64,000 nt of DNA from Chiloscyllium plagiosum (Eukaryota). A program made the position numbers and the translations under genes. The DNA lies in NCBI RefSeq assembly GCF_004010195.1, contig NC_057718.1, positions 96,704,230 through 96,768,229 of the forward strand, read 5' to 3'. The notes beneath the pieces are model-generated. The model had not been told where the DNA came from and did no database searches. It saw only the letters and a program-made list of their open reading frames with translations. This document shows positions 61,705 to 64,000 of this stretch, piece after piece (positions within the stretch are counted from its first letter, which is position 1; every line of letters begins with the position of its first letter).

Positions 61705-63332
61705 CATAGGATCCTTACAGTGTCGAACCAGGCCATTTGGCCCAATGAGATCATGCTAACCCTTCAAAGAGCATCCCACCCCATCCCTGGAACCCTTCAT
61801 TTCCCATGGCCAATCCACCTCACATCTTGGAACTCTGAAGATGGACGAGGGATATCCAGTAGATGTAGTGTACCTGTATTTTCAGAAAGCTTTTGATAAT
61901 GTCCCACATGGGAGGTTAGTGAGCAAAATTAGGGCGCATGGTATTGGGGACAAAGTACTAACTTGGATTGAAAGTTGGTTGGCTGACAGGAAACAAAGAG
62001 TAGTGATAAACGGCTCCATTTCGGAATGGCAGGCAGTGACCACTGGGATACCAGTGCTGGGCCCGCAGCTTTTTGCAATATATATTAATGATATAGAAGA
62101 TGGTATTAGTAATAACATTAGCAAATTTTCTGATGATACGAAGCTGGGTGGCAGGGTGAAATGTGATGAGGATGTTAGGAGATTACAGGGTGACCTGGAC
62201 AAGTTAGGTGAGTGGTCAGATGCATGGCAGATGCAGTTTAATGTGGATAAATGTATGGTTGTCCACTTTGGAGGCAAGAACAGGAAGGCAGATTACTACC
62301 TAAATGGAATCAATTTAGGTAAAGGGGCAGTACAAAGAGATCTGCCGTGGGCGGCACCGTGGGTGGCACGGTGGCACAGTGGTTAGCACTGCTGCCTCAC
62401 AGCGCCAGAGACCCGGATTCAATTCCCGCCTCAGGCGACTGATTGCGTGGAGTTTGCACGTTCTCCCCGTGTCTGCGTGGGTTTACTCCGGGTGCTCCGA
62501 TTTCCTCCCACAGTCCAAAGATGTGCAGGTCAGGTGAATTGGCCATGCTAAATTGCCCGTAGTGTTAGGTAAGGGGTANNNNNNNNNNNNNNNNNNNNNN
62601 NNNNNNNNNNNNNNNNNNNNNNNNNNNNNNNNNNNNNNNNNNNNNNNNNNNNNNNNNNNNNNNNNNNNNNNNNNNNNNNNNNNNNNNNNNNNNNNNNNNN
62701 NNNNNNNNNNNNNNNNNNNNNNNNNNNNNNNNNNNNNNNNNNNNNNNNNNNNNNNNNNNNNNNNNNNNNNNNNNNNNNNNNNNNNNNNNNNNNNNNNNNN
62801 NNNNNNNNNNNNNNNNNNNNNNNNNNNNNNNNNNNNNNNNNNNNNNNNNNNNNNNNNNNNNNNNNNNNNNNNNNNNNNNNNNNNNNNNNNNNNNNNNNGA
62901 ACCAGAGGAGACAGCTTAAAAATACGGGGTAGACCATTTAGGACAGAGATGGGGAGAAACTTCTTCACCCAGAGAGTGGTGGCTGTGTGGAATGCTCTGC
63001 CCCAGAGGGCAGTGGAGGCCCAGTCTCTGGATTCATTTAAGAAAGAGTTGGATAGAGCTCTCAAGGATAGTGGAATCAAGGGTTATGGAGATAAGGCAGG
63101 AACAGGATACTGATTAAGGATGATCAGCCATGATCATATTGAATGGTGGTGCAGAATGGACTACTCCTGCACCTATTGTCTATCTTTGGACTGTGGGAGG
63201 AAACAAGAGTACCTAGCAGAAACAGGGAGATCGTGCAAACGCCACACAAAGAGTCAAGCAAGAGTGAAATCAAACCCAGGTCCGTAGTGCTGTGAGGCAG
63301 CAGTGCTAACCACTGAGCCACTGTGCCATCCC
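61705..63332 (-). mobile_element. HE1 SINE split (61705-61830 and 63183-63332) by a CR1
   Basis: atcttgga / atctttgga at the junctions; halves collinear. Confidence 0.75.
61835..63182 (+). mobile_element. CR1 LINE (second subfamily) RT to 3' UTR, containing an HE1 (62345-62578) and a gap
   Basis: DVVYLYFQKAFDNVPH, FSDDTKLGG, WQMQFNVDKC; FFTQRVVAVWNALPQRAVEA. Confidence 0.92.
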
Positions 63333-64000
63333 ACTTATTTGTGAAATTTATTTGTAAAATTAGTATTGAATCTATTTCCACAGCTTGGTGTGTTTGCCTC
63401 AATCAGTTGTTTTAGCTGGAACAGCAATGCTGATGCTATCTCCCATAATGTAAAAAAACTGGGCTCAGCTATCATGGTATTGAAGAATTCAACAGATGTT
63501 TACTACAACTAACCATCACGTGCAAACATGACATTCCTCAGGCCAAAAAGTGTCAGGGCTAATATTGAGCTACTACGTTAAAACAGAGCAGAATGCTTCC
63601 TGTAGAGTCTACTGCTTCAAGTGATCCAAGATAAGATGGTAAATATCCTCGAGTCACATGCTATGAAGCAGAAATGAATTCATGAGCATGTCTCTTAAAG
63701 ATATAAGGACAGAAAGATAGAATACATCACCCTTGCAGATATTCGCACTCTCCTGCATTGTCAATTCTGCTGAAATGCAACAATGCAATTCTCTCAGGTT
63801 GGAAAACAGTTGACCAGGGCAATGAATCAGGTGACGTTTAGCTTGATTCAAAGCACACGAGATTGGAGATATTTACAAATTCCATTTACAAGGTGGAAAC
63901 ACCCAATGGAAAACCACAAGTTAATCTTAAAATCCATATCCATGGTGTCTCTTCTTCTGCCTGTAGTTCCAGCAATGGCCACCGCTTCTGGTGGCGCTGC

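Noticed and set aside
63850..63943. Minus-strand ATG in strong Kozak context (ACCATGG) opening MDMDFKINLWFSIGCFHLVNGI
   Set aside because: Short, weak donor, no identifiable downstream exon, and upstream context is cut off by the window edge.

Overview
Eukaryotic, repeat-dense DNA from a cartilaginous fish, probably a shark. This assignment rests on abundant HE1-type V-SINEs and HER1/CR1-type LINE 3' ends. There are four assembly gaps (N runs). No host protein-coding exon, rRNA, genuine tRNA or CRISPR array can be recognised, and the long ORFs are transposon remnants, N-gap artefacts or chance frames. The window looks intronic or intergenic. Content: about 20 HE1 SINE copies; about 20 CR1 fragments; a second CR1/L2-group LINE and a tRNA-derived SINE sharing its tail; Tx1/L1, L2, Rex/Babar and DeuSINE remnants; a decayed Harbinger-type Myb/SANT gene; a 23-bp minisatellite; and several Penelope-like elements (PLEs). 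The most striking signal is a set of short PLE-terminus-derived fold-back insertions with 7-15 bp target-site duplications (TSDs). They belong to at least four or five sequence families. Each family carries a minimal type-I hammerhead ribozyme core (CUGANGA-N-stemII-GAAA-palindrome-UH) with family-specific compensating stems. One is a perfect 192-bp spacerless palindrome with a hammerhead motif on both strands. All family names come from sequence recognition, not database searches, and most element boundaries are approximate.
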